DNA from: Planctomycetes bacterium UBA1146
Lineage (GTDB): Bacteria; Planctomycetota; UBA8108; UBA1146
Assembly: GCA_002311345.1 (NCBI GenBank)
Contig: DCAA01000006.1
Location: 142,808 to 185,026 of the forward strand
Reading direction: 5' to 3'
DNA length: 42,219 nucleotides
In this document: piece after piece, positions 41,550 to 42,219 of the stretch
Layout: each line of letters begins with the position of its first letter
Position numbering within the stretch: the first letter of the stretch is position 1
Position numbers and translations under genes: made by a program
Notes under the pieces: model-generated
Database searches by the model: none
The model's input: only the letters and a program-made list of their open reading frames with translations
What the model was told of the DNA's origin: nothing

Positions 41550-42219
41550 TCATTCGTCGGCATCCTGTCCTGAAGATGAACCGCTTCGAATTGCCTCGAC
41601 GATGTCGGCGTTGGCCAGGGTTGTGACATCCCCCAGTTTTCGCTGTTCCGAGATGTCTTTCAGGAGTCTGCGCATGATCTTGCCGGAGCGGGTCTTGGGT
41701 AGATCTGGCGTGAAGACGATGCTCGATGGTTTGGCGATCGGACCGATCTTCTTGGCAACGTGCTTGCGGAGTTCCACGATCAGGTCGTCATGGCCCACTA
41801 CATCGGCGCGAAGTACGACGAAGGCAGCGATCGCCTGTCCGGTTCTCTCGTCGGACCTTCCCACCACAGCTGCTTCAGCAACTCCCTCGTGATCGACCAG
41901 GGCGTTCTCCACCTCGGTGGTCGAGATGTTATGTCCGGAAACCAGCATCACATCATCGACACGGCCGAGCAGCCAGAGATATCCATCATCGTCGATCTTG
42001 CAGCCATCTCCCGGGAAGTAGAGACCGTCGAATTGGCTCCAGTAGACTTCCTTGTAGCGCTCGGGATCCCGGTAGATCCCTCTCAGCATCGACGGCCACG
42101 GCGAAGAGATGACAAGCAAACCACCATGGCCGCGTTCAACTTCATTTCCCTCGTTATCGATCACCATGGCATCGATGCCCGGGAAGGGAGTACAGGCAGA
42201 ACCGGGTCTGGTGGTGGTC
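41550..42219 (-). CDS. acs: Acetyl-CoA synthetase, C-terminal part (5' end outside the window)
   Basis: PGSA..PFPG, PWPSMLR, YF.GDG, GRVDDV..VSGH.+ST.EVE.AL, IGPIAKP, LPKTRSGKIMRRLL. Confidence 0.95.
   Translation of the reverse strand, partial: TTTRPGSACTPFPGIDAMVIDNEGNEVERGHGGLLVISSPWPSMLRGIYRDPERYKEVYWSQFDGLYFPGDGCKIDDDGYLWLLGRVDDVMLVSGHNISTTEVENALVDHEGVAEAAVVGRSDERTGQAIAAFVVLRADVVGHDDLIVELRKHVAKKIGPIAKPSSIVFTPDLPKTRSGKIMRRLLKDISEQRKLGDVTTLANADIVEAIRSGSSSGQDADE

Overview
A GC-rich bacterial chromosome segment, probably Planctomycetota (inferred from a planctomycete-style dockerin protein and the gene set; not provable from this window). It is densely coding, and I found no RNA genes, CRISPR arrays or mobile elements. 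In order: (1) a large secreted Cys-rich/Fn3-like/cohesin-like/dockerin protein; (2) a ~16 kb aerobic respiration operon with heme A synthase, Alternative Complex III (actABCDEFG), SCO and an A2-type caa3 cytochrome c oxidase with two subunit III-like genes; (3) ctaB plus a Cys-less DUF3179 gene, divergent from an Rrf2-sufBCDSUT operon whose sigma70-like promoter is followed directly by a 25-bp imperfect palindrome; (4) a thioredoxin-like hypothetical protein, an acyltransferase-3 and an M14 peptidase; (5) housekeeping genes aroA, mnmG, DUF4442, NUDIX, der, ruvC, infA, an M28 peptidase and partial acs. The most notable item is hidden in the ORF track. The ORFs at 40296-41126 and 41202-41540 form one reading frame interrupted by an in-frame TGA in the context FGSYT-U-PPF, with a SECIS-like hairpin just downstream. 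This predicts a ~414 aa exported selenoprotein fusing several EF-hands to an iodothyronine-deiodinase-like domain.
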